Source: Candidatus Nealsonbacteria bacterium
GTDB lineage: Bacteria; Patescibacteriota; Minisyncoccia; Minisyncoccales; JANBVM01
Direction: 5' to 3'
DNA: 64,000 nt
NCBI GenBank assembly: GCA_047456295.1
Contig: CP179887.1
Span: 45,944-109,943 of the forward strand
In this document: piece by piece, positions 1-9,636 of the stretch
Layout of the letters: each line of letters begins with the position of its first letter
Numbering within the stretch: the stretch's first letter is position 1
The notes under the pieces: model-generated
The model's database searches: none
Told to the model about the DNA's origin: nothing
What the model saw: the letters and a program-made list of their open reading frames with translations, nothing else
Position numbers and translations under genes: made by a program

Positions 1-12
1 TAGCCAAAATTT

Positions 13-780
13 ATGGAGCTTCAATTTATCTATAGTTTAATAGTGAGTATTTTCATTGGCGGGGTGGCAGGTTTCTTGGGCTCTTTGATGATTACCAAAC
101 GAATGGCTTTAGTTGGCGATGCTTTAGGGCATGTTGCTTTGCCTGGCGTAGCCTTAGCCCTTATTTATGGATTTAATGTTTCCTGGGGAGCTTTAGTTTG
201 TTTATTTTTTGGAATTTTACTGATTTGGCTCTTTGAAATTCACACCAAGCTGCCAATGGAAGCCTTAACTGGAATTGTTTTTACTGCTTCAGTAGCCATT
301 GCCTTTTTGTTTTTACCTGAAACAAAAGTTTCAACTGCGCTAATCGGCGATATTTCTCAAATAGGGCTTTGGGATACTTTAGTTTCAGTAATATTTTGCA
401 TTGTTACCTTTTTGGTTTTAAAAAAGATTTTTTCAAAAATGATTTTATCTAATCTCTCAGAGAATTTAGCTAAGGTAGAAGGAGTAGATGTTGAAAAATA
501 TAATCTTATTTATCTGGTTTGTGTTGCAATTGTCGTTGCTTTAGGAATTAAGGTAACAGGTTCTCTTTTAATGGGTGCTTTAGTAATTACTCCAGCTGCA
601 GCCGCTCGCAATATTGCTCGTAATTTATCTCAATATTCCTACGGAGCACTCTTGATAGGTAGTTTTTCTTGTTCTCTAGGCGTTTTAATCTTCAAGGTCT
701 TTGGTTTACCTGCAGGTCCATTAATTATTTTAGTTGCTTTCCTAATATTTCTAATTTCATTAGTATTTAAACAAAAATGA
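13..780 (+). CDS. ABC-3 family metal (Zn/Mn-type) ABC transporter permease
   Basis: 255-aa polytopic membrane protein. GDALGHVALPG and ITPAAAARN motifs are typical of ZnuB/MntB-type permeases. ATGA overlap with the next gene. Confidence 0.8.
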   Translation: MELQFIYSLIVSIFIGGVAGFLGSLMITKRMALVGDALGHVALPGVALALIYGFNVSWGALVCLFFGILLIWLFEIHTKLPMEALTGIVFTASVAIAFLFLPETKVSTALIGDISQIGLWDTLVSVIFCIVTFLVLKKIFSKMILSNLSENLAKVEGVDVEKYNLIYLVCVAIVVALGIKVTGSLLMGALVITPAAAARNIARNLSQYSYGALLIGSFSCSLGVLIFKVFGLPAGPLIILVAFLIFLISLVFKQK

Positions 781-1703
781 AGCTCGTAATTGCAAGTGGA
801 AAAGGGGGAGTAGGAAAATCAATGTTAGCTTCAAGTCTGGCAATACTTTTTGCTAAATCCAAAAAAATAGCAGCTGTAGATTGTGATGTTGATGCTCCCA
901 ATTTAGCTATTTGGTTAAATGAAATTAAAAATTCAGGGAAGAAAACCCCAATAGTTACTTCAGCTAAACCAGTAATTGATTATAAAAAATGTAATGGTTG
1001 TGGTTTATGTGTTGAGAAATGTCGTTTTGGAGCAATAAAAATGATAAATGGAAAACCCCGTACCAGAACAAGTTCGGTACGGGGCAGGCCTCAACTAAAT
1101 CCATTTTTATGTGAGGGGTGCGGTGTTTGTGAAATTGTCTGTCCTCAAGGGGCCATTAAATTAAAACCTGTTCAAAACGGGGAGATTATAATAAAGAATA
1201 CAAAATACGGTTTTCCTTTAATCATTGGAAATCTTTTACCTGGAGAAACAGGTTCGGGAAAAATAATAACAGAACTTAAAAAACAGGCAGACAAATCTGG
1301 CTGTAAGCTTCAAATCTTAGATTCTTCTCCAGGAACAGGTTGTCCGGTTATAGCTGCCTTACAGGATTCAAATTTTGCTATTTTGATTACAGAGCCTACT
1401 CCTTCAGCTTTTTCTGATTTAAAAAGGATTTTGAAAGTGATAAATCATTTCAATCTTCCTTACGAGATAGTAATTAATAAGTGGGATATTAATTCTGAAA
1501 TGGCTGATAAAATTGAAAAATGGGCCCTTGGGCATGGCTCAGGACAGACAGGTAAAAGAATTTTAGGTAAAATTTCTTACGATAAAAAGATATTTAAAGC
1601 AGTTTCTAACTTAAAGCCAATTGTAGAAACTAAACTTAAAGCCAAAACCGAAATTAAAAGAATTTTTAAAAAATTAGAGACTATTCTATGGCAAGACCAA
1701 TAA
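777..1703 (+). CDS. MinD/ParA-superfamily P-loop ATPase with inserted 2x[4Fe-4S] ferredoxin motifs
   Basis: Deviant Walker A (GKGGVGKS) plus CNGCGLCVEKC and CEGCGVCEIVCP cluster motifs. Confidence 0.8.
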   Translation: MKLVIASGKGGVGKSMLASSLAILFAKSKKIAAVDCDVDAPNLAIWLNEIKNSGKKTPIVTSAKPVIDYKKCNGCGLCVEKCRFGAIKMINGKPRTRTSSVRGRPQLNPFLCEGCGVCEIVCPQGAIKLKPVQNGEIIIKNTKYGFPLIIGNLLPGETGSGKIITELKKQADKSGCKLQILDSSPGTGCPVIAALQDSNFAILITEPTPSAFSDLKRILKVINHFNLPYEIVINKWDINSEMADKIEKWALGHGSGQTGKRILGKISYDKKIFKAVSNLKPIVETKLKAKTEIKRIFKKLETILWQDQ

Positions 1704-1966
1704 AACCAAGAAAAATTTTATTTAATCCAAATGTCACTTATTTTAAACCAAGAGCTATACCTCTTTCTGTGTTAGAAGAAGTGGATTTAAAAGTAGATGA
1801 GTTGGAAGCAATTAGACTTTGTGATTTAAGAGGATTAAGTCAAACCGAGGCTGCAAAGAGAATGAGAATTTCTCAAAGTACTTTAGGTCGAATTTTATCC
1901 TCGGCTCGCAGAAAAGTAGCTGAAGCTCTTGTTAAAGGAAAAGCAATTACAATAAGGAAGAAATAG
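1688..1966 (+). CDS. DUF134/UPF0251-like small DNA-binding protein
   Basis: N-terminal MARPxKxR...F.P motif and a C-terminal sigma70-region4-like HTH (LSQTEAAKRMRISQSTLGRIL). Confidence 0.7.
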   Translation: MARPIKPRKILFNPNVTYFKPRAIPLSVLEEVDLKVDELEAIRLCDLRGLSQTEAAKRMRISQSTLGRILSSARRKVAEALVKGKAITIRKK

Positions 1967-2063
1967 CAAGTATCAAGGTTGCCATATCCGAAATATTGGA
2001 TAGTGAACAATCTATCAAAAAAGAGATTTAACCTGTTTTAACAGGATTTTTATTTAAAGAAAC

Positions 2064-3341
2064 TTAGGGAATTAAGTTCTTGGAAGCCCATAGATTTTCT
2101 CCCTCCAGCACATACAGCTTTTTATCAACAGGATTCCAGAATATTTCAGAATTTTCAAATTCAGCTAAATCAATAATGTTTATTCTGTCTCGGTTGTCAA
2201 TCTCAGCAATCTTTATTTTGTTTTCAGTGTTGAATATTAAATATCTTGACATTAACCAGAAGACATCCTTGATTTTTTCTGAGAGTCTGACCAAAAAGAT
2301 GCTCTCTCCCATTTTTCTTGTTGGCCGGGTTGTTTTTTCTTTGAGAAACAGAACCCGGATTTCAGAATCTGAACAATAGACTAATTTCTTGCTGTCAGAT
2401 GAAATCTTCAAGGAATTGATTCCTTCAAAAAACCTTTCAAATATTTTTGTTTCTTGATTCAATAAATAGAGGATTTCTCCTCCTTCTTCTAAAAAGATAA
2501 AGTCAGGAAAAACATATAATTCATATCCTGTTTCTTTTTTTAGTGGAAAGGATGCTGTTGTAACCTTTTCTTTTAGAGAAAAAGAAGCATCTGTTTTATA
2601 AAGATAACCCAGGTTATCCAGATAATAGATGTCATTATTAAATTCTTCATAGGTTATGATATTTTCAGGGAGGAGTGAGGATTCTTTGGTTTCTTTTAAA
2701 ACAGGAGGAATCTTGTCGATTTCCAGGGCAAAGCTCTTTAATTGTTCTGCTGTAATTACCTTAAAATATATTTCCTTTCCATCCTTGGAAAACTCCAAAT
2801 CAAAAAATTCAGCTCCTTTTTTCGAAACATCGCTTTCTTTCAAGAGGTGACTTTTTAGGTTTTTATTCAAATCATAGAGTTTCAGGGTCCAAAGATTTCC
2901 TTCTTTTTCTTCCCACACCATTCTTTTTCCGTCAGGAGAAAACCAGAGATTCTTTATTCCATTGGATAATAAACTGAAATCAGCATCTTTTGGAAAAAGG
3001 ATAATTTCTTTTGCTTCCACCACCTCTTTCTCTTTTACTTCTAAATTCTTTTCCCACTCAAAGTATCCCTCTTTCTTTACCTTGATATTGTATTTTTTGG
3101 GCAATAGCTCCTCAATAAGGATTGAGCCAAAGAAGAAATCTGTTTTTCTGGAGAACCCTCCATCTATATATATCTCTGCTTGCCTGGGTACAGCTTTTAA
3201 GAAGATACCGCCTGTCTGGGTTAGTTTCTTGTTTTCAAAATCAAATCTATATCCCTGAAAGTAAAGCACCACCAGAGGGGCTGACAAAAGGAATATGAAG
3301 ACAAAGATGAAAAATATGATTCTGCGGGTTTTTTTCTCCAT
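2064..3341 (-). CDS. Membrane-anchored PEGA-domain / beta-propeller-like protein
   Basis: N-terminal TM helix, a PEGA-like segment (AEIYIDG...YNIKVKKEGYFEWEKNLEV), then WFSPDGKRMVW TolB-like repeats. Confidence 0.55.
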   Translation of the reverse strand: MEKKTRRIIFFIFVFIFLLSAPLVVLYFQGYRFDFENKKLTQTGGIFLKAVPRQAEIYIDGGFSRKTDFFFGSILIEELLPKKYNIKVKKEGYFEWEKNLEVKEKEVVEAKEIILFPKDADFSLLSNGIKNLWFSPDGKRMVWEEKEGNLWTLKLYDLNKNLKSHLLKESDVSKKGAEFFDLEFSKDGKEIYFKVITAEQLKSFALEIDKIPPVLKETKESSLLPENIITYEEFNNDIYYLDNLGYLYKTDASFSLKEKVTTASFPLKKETGYELYVFPDFIFLEEGGEILYLLNQETKIFERFFEGINSLKISSDSKKLVYCSDSEIRVLFLKEKTTRPTRKMGESIFLVRLSEKIKDVFWLMSRYLIFNTENKIKIAEIDNRDRINIIDLAEFENSEIFWNPVDKKLYVLEGENLWASKNLIP

Positions 3342-3470
3342 TCTTAATATTATATTTATTTAATAGCTTGTCTGCAAGTTTTTGGGGTTTAACCTCATAC
3401 AAAGATTTGCAAACTTTAAGACTTTAAATTATACTTAAATTGGATTTCCATAATTTTTAAGCCCAAAGAT

Positions 3471-4469
3471 ATGAAAATTGGCGTTGATTTAGGAACCTGT
3501 AATTCGGTTGTTTTTATTCCCAAGAAAGGAGTGGTTTTACAAGAGCCATCAGTGGTAGCTGTAGCTTTGGCAGAGAATGAGATTTTAGCTGTGGGAAGAG
3601 AAGCCAAAGAAATGATGGGCAGGACCCCTGATACCATCAAGATATACCGTCCACTTAGAGACGGGGTGATTGCTGATTTCAGGGTTACCCAGGCCATGCT
3701 TAAATATTTTATTGATAAAGCCCTGGGTAGATTTCGACCTTTTAAGCCTGATTTAATGATTGGTATTCCAGCTGGCATTACCTCTACTGAGAGGAGAGCA
3801 GTAATTGAAGCTGGCATGAATGCCGGAGCCAGGGCAGTTTATTTGGCAAAAGAACCAATCCTGGCAGCTGTGGGAGCCAATGTTCCTATCAATAGCTGCT
3901 CGGGCAATATGATTCTTGATATTGGAGGAGGAACATCTGAAGCTGCAGTAATTTCTCTGGGAGGAATTGTCAATTTTCATTCCATAAGGGTAGCTGGAGA
4001 TAAAATGGACCTGGCTATCTCTGATTACATTAAGAAAAAATACAATTTAGCCATCGGACAACAAACAGCCGAAGAAATAAAAAAAAGAATTGGTACAGCC
4101 TTACCTGATAAAGAAGAGAAAAGGATGGATATCAAGGGAAGGGATATGGCTCTGGGTTTGCCAAAGAACATTAAGATTTCATCAAACGATGTCTGTATGG
4201 CCTTATCTGATATTCTTTCAGAGATTATTCAGATGATTAAAATAGTGCTTCGGGATACTCCTCCTGAGCTCTCAGCTGACATACTGAACAAGGGTATGGT
4301 AATGACAGGGGGAGCTTCTTTGCTGAATAAGTTTCCAGCATTAATTGCCAGATCAATCGGTGTTCCAGCTATCTTAGCTGATGATTCCATTTTATGCGTA
4401 GCAAAAGGAACAGGAATAATGCTGGAAAATCTTGATCTCTACAAGAAAACCATAATGAGTAAGAAATAA
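3471..4469 (+). CDS. mreB: MreB-like actin homologue (paralogue 1)
   Basis: IGVDLGTCNS phosphate-1 motif, DIGGGTSE phosphate-2 motif and MTGGASLL adenosine motif. Confidence 0.85.
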   Translation: MKIGVDLGTCNSVVFIPKKGVVLQEPSVVAVALAENEILAVGREAKEMMGRTPDTIKIYRPLRDGVIADFRVTQAMLKYFIDKALGRFRPFKPDLMIGIPAGITSTERRAVIEAGMNAGARAVYLAKEPILAAVGANVPINSCSGNMILDIGGGTSEAAVISLGGIVNFHSIRVAGDKMDLAISDYIKKKYNLAIGQQTAEEIKKRIGTALPDKEEKRMDIKGRDMALGLPKNIKISSNDVCMALSDILSEIIQMIKIVLRDTPPELSADILNKGMVMTGGASLLNKFPALIARSIGVPAILADDSILCVAKGTGIMLENLDLYKKTIMSKK

Positions 4470-4482
4470 GGTGGTGGCTTTC

Positions 4483-5331
4483 ATGATTATCGGTCATAAA
4501 AAACAACAACAATTTTTAAAAAAAATAATTAGCTCAAGAGAAATTCCCCATGCTTTATTGTTTACAGGTCCGGAAGGATTGGGAAAAAAGACAATAGCTT
4601 TACAATTCCTTTCTTCTCTTTTTGGAGAAAAACTCTTTCAACATCCTGATTTCAGTTTAATTACCCCTATAACAAAGCAGATTCAAATTAACCAGATCAG
4701 AGACCTCAGATGGAGATTATCTTTAAAACCAATTAAGGCCCCTCTTTTGGGAGCTGTTGTTGATAAAGCCCATTTAATGACCAGGGAAGCCCAAAACTGT
4801 TTTTTAAAGACCCTGGAGGAGCCCAAAAGCAGAAGCCTTTTAATTTTAATTAGTGAATATCCAAATTACCTTTTATCTACCATTGTTTCCAGGTGCGAAA
4901 AGATTAAGTTTTATCAGGTGGAAAATAGAGAAATAACCAGTTACCTGGAGAAAAAAAAGGTTTCCAAAGAAAAGATTGAGGAGATTGTTGAAATTTCTCT
5001 GGGAAGACCGGGAAGGGCTGTTAATATATTGCAAAACCCGGAGAAGTTGGAAGAAAGGAAAAAAAAGATAAGAGAGTTAATTAAGATTTCAGGTTCTCCT
5101 CTGTCTTTACGCTTTAAATATGTCAAGGAATTAGCCCAGCAGCAGGACTTGAAAGAAACCCTGGGCATTTGGTTGTTCTACTTCAGGAAGGGTTTAATTT
5201 CCTGTAGAAACCGCACAGAATTAATAAAGATAAAAAATATTCTTAAGGCCGTACAAGAAACAATGTTTTTACTTTCAACCACAAACGTCAATCCCAGGTT
5301 AGCCTTGGAAATATTAACAATGAAACTATAG
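4483..5331 (+). CDS. holB: DNA polymerase III delta-prime subunit
   Basis: HALLFTGPEGLGKKT clamp-loader motif and SRC motif (IVSRC). ATG at 4483 preferred over the GTG at 4471. Confidence 0.75.
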   Translation: MIIGHKKQQQFLKKIISSREIPHALLFTGPEGLGKKTIALQFLSSLFGEKLFQHPDFSLITPITKQIQINQIRDLRWRLSLKPIKAPLLGAVVDKAHLMTREAQNCFLKTLEEPKSRSLLILISEYPNYLLSTIVSRCEKIKFYQVENREITSYLEKKKVSKEKIEEIVEISLGRPGRAVNILQNPEKLEERKKKIRELIKISGSPLSLRFKYVKELAQQQDLKETLGIWLFYFRKGLISCRNRTELIKIKNILKAVQETMFLLSTTNVNPRLALEILTMKL

Positions 5332-5339
5332 ATATTATT

Positions 5340-5912
5340 ATGGGTGAGGATAAGGTATCATATAAAGAAATTATTGAGAAGATTAAGCCTGAACTGGAAA
5401 AGGTCATCAATTTTTTGAGCAGGGAGTTGCAAAAGATTAGGACCGAGAGAGCTTCACCTTCTCTGGTGGAGGATATTAAGGTTGATTATTTTGGACAGAC
5501 ATTTTCTTTAAAACAATTAGCTGCAATATCCATTCCTTTTCCCAGAGAGATTCTCATTCAACCATGGGATAAATCATATATTGAAGAGATTGTAAAAGCC
5601 CTGGAAAAGAGCAGTATTGGAGCAAATCCTGTAGTTGATAGACACGTAATCAGAATCACCATGCCTTCCCTGAGCGAGGAATTCAGAAAGGATTTGATTA
5701 ATCTTACATCTGAAAAACAGGAACAGGCAAAAAGAACAATCAGGAAATGGAGGGATGAGGCCTGGGGGGAGATACAGGAAAGCTTTAGACAGGGAAAGAT
5801 GAGCGAGGATGATAAGTTTAAAGGAAAAGACGAATTGCAGGATTTGATTGATGATTTTCAGGAGAAGATTAAGGAAATGGTGGAGAAAAAGAAAAAAGAA
5901 ATAGAGAGTTAA
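5340..5912 (+). CDS. frr: Ribosome recycling factor
   Basis: Full-length RRF pattern (RTGRA-like RTERASPSLVEDIKVDYFG ... LSEEFRKDL). Confidence 0.9.
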   Translation: MGEDKVSYKEIIEKIKPELEKVINFLSRELQKIRTERASPSLVEDIKVDYFGQTFSLKQLAAISIPFPREILIQPWDKSYIEEIVKALEKSSIGANPVVDRHVIRITMPSLSEEFRKDLINLTSEKQEQAKRTIRKWRDEAWGEIQESFRQGKMSEDDKFKGKDELQDLIDDFQEKIKEMVEKKKKEIES

Positions 5913-5922
5913 ACATTAAAAC

Positions 5923-7005
5923 ATGACGATTTTAACCCTTGCCATTGCTTTTTTTAGTCTTATTAGCTTGATAATTATCCACGAGTTGGGTCATTTTTTA
6001 TTGGCTAAGAAATTCGGTGTCAGGGTTGAAGAATTCGGCATAGGTTATCCTCCCCGTTTGATTGGGAAAAAAATAGGAGAAACCATTTATTCTTTAAATC
6101 TTCTGCCTTTTGGTGCTTTTGTACGCTTTCCCGGAGAGATTAAAAGGAAAGATGATCCTGGCAGTTTTTCTCAACAACCAGTGGAAAAAAGGTTTTTAAT
6201 TTCTTTGGGAGGAGTGCTTTCTTTTTGGATAATAGCAATTCTTCTTTTTGGTATTGTCTTTAGTATTGGTGCTCCGGTCATGGTTGAAGATGAAGATGTT
6301 TCTGGTTTAACTGAATCTGAGATCAGGATTGCTGGCATAGCTTTAAATTCACCTGCTGACAGGGCAGGTATTAAGATAGGAGATACAATAAAAGAATTAT
6401 TAGCTGGCAATGACAGATTAATCCCTGTAAAGATAAAAGAGGTGCAGGATTTTACAAATTCTCATTTAGGACAAGAGATTAAACTGACAATTGAGAGGGA
6501 ACAGGATTTTTTTGAAATATCCTTGATTGCCAGGTCCTCGCCTCCAGCTGGAGAAGGATCCATGGGTGTGATGTTGGTCAGGACAGCAATTCAAAAATAT
6601 CCCTGGTATCTGTCTCCCTGGCAGGGAATTTTAGCTACTGTAAGAACCACCTTTCTTATTATTAAAGGCTATATGACAGCCATTGGAAATATTTTTCAGG
6701 GGTCAGCTTCAGGGGTTCAATTAGCAGGACCTGTGGGTGTTTTTCAGATGTTAATCCAGAGCCAGCAGTTAGGATTAGCTTATTTCTTAAACTTTCTGGC
6801 TTTAATTTCTCTTCATTTAGCCATATTTAATCTTCTGCCTATTCCAGCAGTAGACGGAGGTAAGATGCTTTTTTTAGGCATTGAAGCTGTAAGGAAAAAA
6901 CCTGTTTCTGAAAATATCGAACAGAACATTACTGCTTTTTCCTTCATCATATTGCTTGTTTTAATGGTTTGGGTAACAATAAATGATATAACTAGGTTGT
7001 TTTAA
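5923..7005 (+). CDS. rseP: Site-2 (M50) zinc metalloprotease RseP-like with PDZ domain
   Basis: HELGH zinc motif in TM1, a central PDZ-like segment and NLLPIPAVDGG in the C-terminal TM. Confidence 0.85.
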   Translation: MTILTLAIAFFSLISLIIIHELGHFLLAKKFGVRVEEFGIGYPPRLIGKKIGETIYSLNLLPFGAFVRFPGEIKRKDDPGSFSQQPVEKRFLISLGGVLSFWIIAILLFGIVFSIGAPVMVEDEDVSGLTESEIRIAGIALNSPADRAGIKIGDTIKELLAGNDRLIPVKIKEVQDFTNSHLGQEIKLTIEREQDFFEISLIARSSPPAGEGSMGVMLVRTAIQKYPWYLSPWQGILATVRTTFLIIKGYMTAIGNIFQGSASGVQLAGPVGVFQMLIQSQQLGLAYFLNFLALISLHLAIFNLLPIPAVDGGKMLFLGIEAVRKKPVSENIEQNITAFSFIILLVLMVWVTINDITRLF

Positions 7006-7008
7006 TAT

Positions 7009-8259
7009 ATGAGGCAATCTCAACTTTTTACAAAAACAATCAGAAAGGCACCCAGAGATGAAAAAAGCATAAATTCACGGCTTTTAATAAAAGCTGGTTT
7101 TATTGATAAATTAATGGCAGGGGTTTATTCTTATCTGCCCCTGGGGTTTCGGGTTTTAAAAAGAATTGAGAATATTATTCGGGAAGAAATGAATGGAATC
7201 TTAGGACAGGAGATTCTTTTGCCTGCTCTTCATCCCAGGAGCAGGTGGGAGACAACAAGAAGATGGAAGGAACAGATTATGTTTAAATTAAAGACTCGGG
7301 GGAAAAAAGATTATGGTTTGGGTTGGACCCACGAAGAGATTATCACTCCTCTGGTTAAAACCTTTGTTCAGTCATATAAGGACCTGCCTGTTTATGTTTA
7401 TCAGATCCAGGATAAATTCAGGGATGAGCTGCGGGCCAAGTCAGGGTTGTTAAGAGGGATAGAGTTTATAATGAAAGATCTTTATTCTTTTCACCAGGAT
7501 GAGAAGGATTTAGACAGATATTATGAGAAGGTAAAAGGAGCTTATTCCAGGATTTTTAAGAGATGTAAGATAGGCAGACAAACCTTTTTGACTTTAGCTT
7601 CAGGTGGGACTTTCAGCAAGTATTCTCATGAATTTCAAACCATAACCCCTTATGGCGAAGACTTGATATATCTTTGTAAGAAATGTAAGTTAGCTGTCAA
7701 TAAAGAGATTATAAAGGAGCAGAAATATAAATGTCCCAAATGTAAAAGCAAGAAGTTAGAGACTAAAAAAACCGTTGAAGTAGGAAATATTTTTAAACTA
7801 AAAGACAGGTTCAGTAAGGCATTTAATTTGAAATTTAAAGACAGGAATGGAAAAGAAAAAATGGTATTGATGGGTTCTTATGGTATTGGGCTGAGTCGAT
7901 TATTGGGTGCCATTGTGGAGGTCAACCACGATAAAAAAGGAATTATCTGGTCAGAAGAGACAACCCCTTTTCAGACTCATTTAATTTGTCTTAAAGACAC
8001 TTTAAAAACAAGGAAAACAGCTGAAAAACTATATCAGGATTTAAGCAAAAAAGGATTTGACCTGTTGTATGACGATAGAAAAGACAAGTCTCCAGGGAAG
8101 AAATTTGCAGATTGTGATTTAATAGGCATTCCCATCAGGCTTGTTATTTCTGAAAAAACCTTGAAAAAGAATTCCATTGAGGTTAAAAAAAGAAGAGAAG
8201 ATAAAATAAAATTAATAAAAATAACTGATTTAAGTAAGTTTTTAAAAAAGATAGTTTAA
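7009..8259 (+). CDS. proS: Prolyl-tRNA synthetase, short form lacking the INS editing domain
   Basis: Class II motifs (FRDELRAKSGLLRGIEFIMKD; GSYGIGLSRLL). A CxxC...CxxC knuckle replaces INS. C-terminal anticodon-binding domain present. Confidence 0.85.
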   Translation: MRQSQLFTKTIRKAPRDEKSINSRLLIKAGFIDKLMAGVYSYLPLGFRVLKRIENIIREEMNGILGQEILLPALHPRSRWETTRRWKEQIMFKLKTRGKKDYGLGWTHEEIITPLVKTFVQSYKDLPVYVYQIQDKFRDELRAKSGLLRGIEFIMKDLYSFHQDEKDLDRYYEKVKGAYSRIFKRCKIGRQTFLTLASGGTFSKYSHEFQTITPYGEDLIYLCKKCKLAVNKEIIKEQKYKCPKCKSKKLETKKTVEVGNIFKLKDRFSKAFNLKFKDRNGKEKMVLMGSYGIGLSRLLGAIVEVNHDKKGIIWSEETTPFQTHLICLKDTLKTRKTAEKLYQDLSKKGFDLLYDDRKDKSPGKKFADCDLIGIPIRLVISEKTLKKNSIEVKKRREDKIKLIKITDLSKFLKKIV

Positions 8260-8266
8260 TGAAACC

Positions 8267-9310
8267 ATGTTGAAAAAAGCCCTTAAAGCATTATCAGATG
8301 ACATTGCAATTGATCTGGGTACAGCCAACTCCGTGGTTTATGTGCGGGGAAGGGGTATTGTAATGCAAGAACCCTCCATAGTAGCTGTCAATCAAAAAAC
8401 AGGTCAGATATTGGCAATTGGTTCTGAAGCCAAAAGAATGGTAGGCAGAACCCCATCTCACATTGTAGCCACCAGACCATTAAAGGCAGGAGTGATTTCT
8501 GATTTTGAGATTACAGAACAAATGCTCAGGTATTTTATTGAAAAGACCAGAAAGAAAAAATGGATTAGACCAAGGGTTATTATTGGAATACCATCTGGAG
8601 TAACACAGGTGGAAAAAAGAGCGGTTATTGATGCTACCAGGTCAGCTGGAGCAAGGGAGGTTTTTTTGATTGACGAACCCATGGCATCTGCTATTGGAGC
8701 CCGTCTTCCTGTTCAGGAACCAGGTGGCAACTTTGTCATTGATATCGGGGGAGGGACAACAGAGGTGGCAATCATTTCTTTGGGAGGAATAGTTTTATCA
8801 AAGAGCTTGAGGGTAGCTGGAGATAAACTAAACGAAGACATCGTGCTCTTTGCCCAAGAAGAGTACAAATTATTAATTGGTGAAAGGACGGCTGAGTCAA
8901 TTAAGATTGCCATAGGTTCAGCTTACCCTTTAAAAGATAAAAAAGAGATTCCAATGAGGGGTAGAAACCTGGTTACCGGTCTTCCTGAAGAGGTTTTGAT
9001 TTCCAACAAGGACGTGAAAAGAGCAATGGATAAATCAATTAATCGGATTGTAACTGAAATTAAAACAGCCATTGAAGAGACTCCGCCTGAACTGCTGGCT
9101 GATATAATGACAAAAGGAATATATATGGCAGGAGGAGGTTCTCTTTTAAAAGGATTGGATGTGTTGATTCAGAAAGAAACAAGGATTCCGACAAATATCA
9201 TTGAAGACCCCATGACAGCTGTGGTAAGGGGAGCAGGAATGGTATTGGAGAATTTGGATGAGCTGCACGAGGTATTGTTAGAAACATGGGAGTTGGAACC
9301 CCCAAAATAA
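8267..9310 (+). CDS. mreB: Rod-shape protein MreB (paralogue 2)
   Basis: IAIDLGTANS, DIGGGTTEVA and MAGGGSLLKGLD motifs. Closer to canonical MreB than paralogue 1. Confidence 0.9.
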   Translation: MLKKALKALSDDIAIDLGTANSVVYVRGRGIVMQEPSIVAVNQKTGQILAIGSEAKRMVGRTPSHIVATRPLKAGVISDFEITEQMLRYFIEKTRKKKWIRPRVIIGIPSGVTQVEKRAVIDATRSAGAREVFLIDEPMASAIGARLPVQEPGGNFVIDIGGGTTEVAIISLGGIVLSKSLRVAGDKLNEDIVLFAQEEYKLLIGERTAESIKIAIGSAYPLKDKKEIPMRGRNLVTGLPEEVLISNKDVKRAMDKSINRIVTEIKTAIEETPPELLADIMTKGIYMAGGGSLLKGLDVLIQKETRIPTNIIEDPMTAVVRGAGMVLENLDELHEVLLETWELEPPK

Positions 9311-9312
9311 TT

Positions 9313-9600
9313 ATGATTTCCAAAAAAGAAGTTCAACATATAGCTCAACTTGCCAGATTGGGTTTGAGCAAGAAAGAAACAGAGAAAATGCAAAAAGACC
9401 TCTCTTCTGTTTTAGATTACATTGAAAAATTAAAAGAGGTTGATATATCAGGTGTTGATGTTTATTCTCCTTTAGATGGTCTTGGAAACGTGATGAGGGA
9501 AGACAGAATAAAGAAAGAATCAAAGAAGAAGGATAAGAAATTATTAGAACTGGCACCTGAGAAAAAGAACGGATATTTAAAGGTAAAACAGGTACTTTAA
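9313..9600 (+). CDS. gatC: Asp/Glu-tRNA amidotransferase subunit C
   Basis: MISKKEVQHIAQLARLGL...L..VLDYIEKL pattern. Start moved to the ATG just after the mreB stop. Confidence 0.85.
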   Translation: MISKKEVQHIAQLARLGLSKKETEKMQKDLSSVLDYIEKLKEVDISGVDVYSPLDGLGNVMREDRIKKESKKKDKKLLELAPEKKNGYLKVKQVL

Positions 9601-9636
9601 TATTTTTGTATTAACACAAAGTCTGTCAATGTTTTA

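Noticed and set aside
3416-3817. Antisense ORFs inside well-supported genes. Examples: 3416-3817, 3753-3980, 2080-2379, 8458-8682, 12556-12915, 22141-22449, 25808-26134, 27696-28022, 34360-34719, 36617-36958, 39849-40238, 41006-41329, 63020-63235.
   Set aside because: All lie opposite strongly motif-supported CDSs and have low-complexity or hydrophobic shadow-frame compositions with no motifs. Such ORFs are typical of AT-rich genomes.
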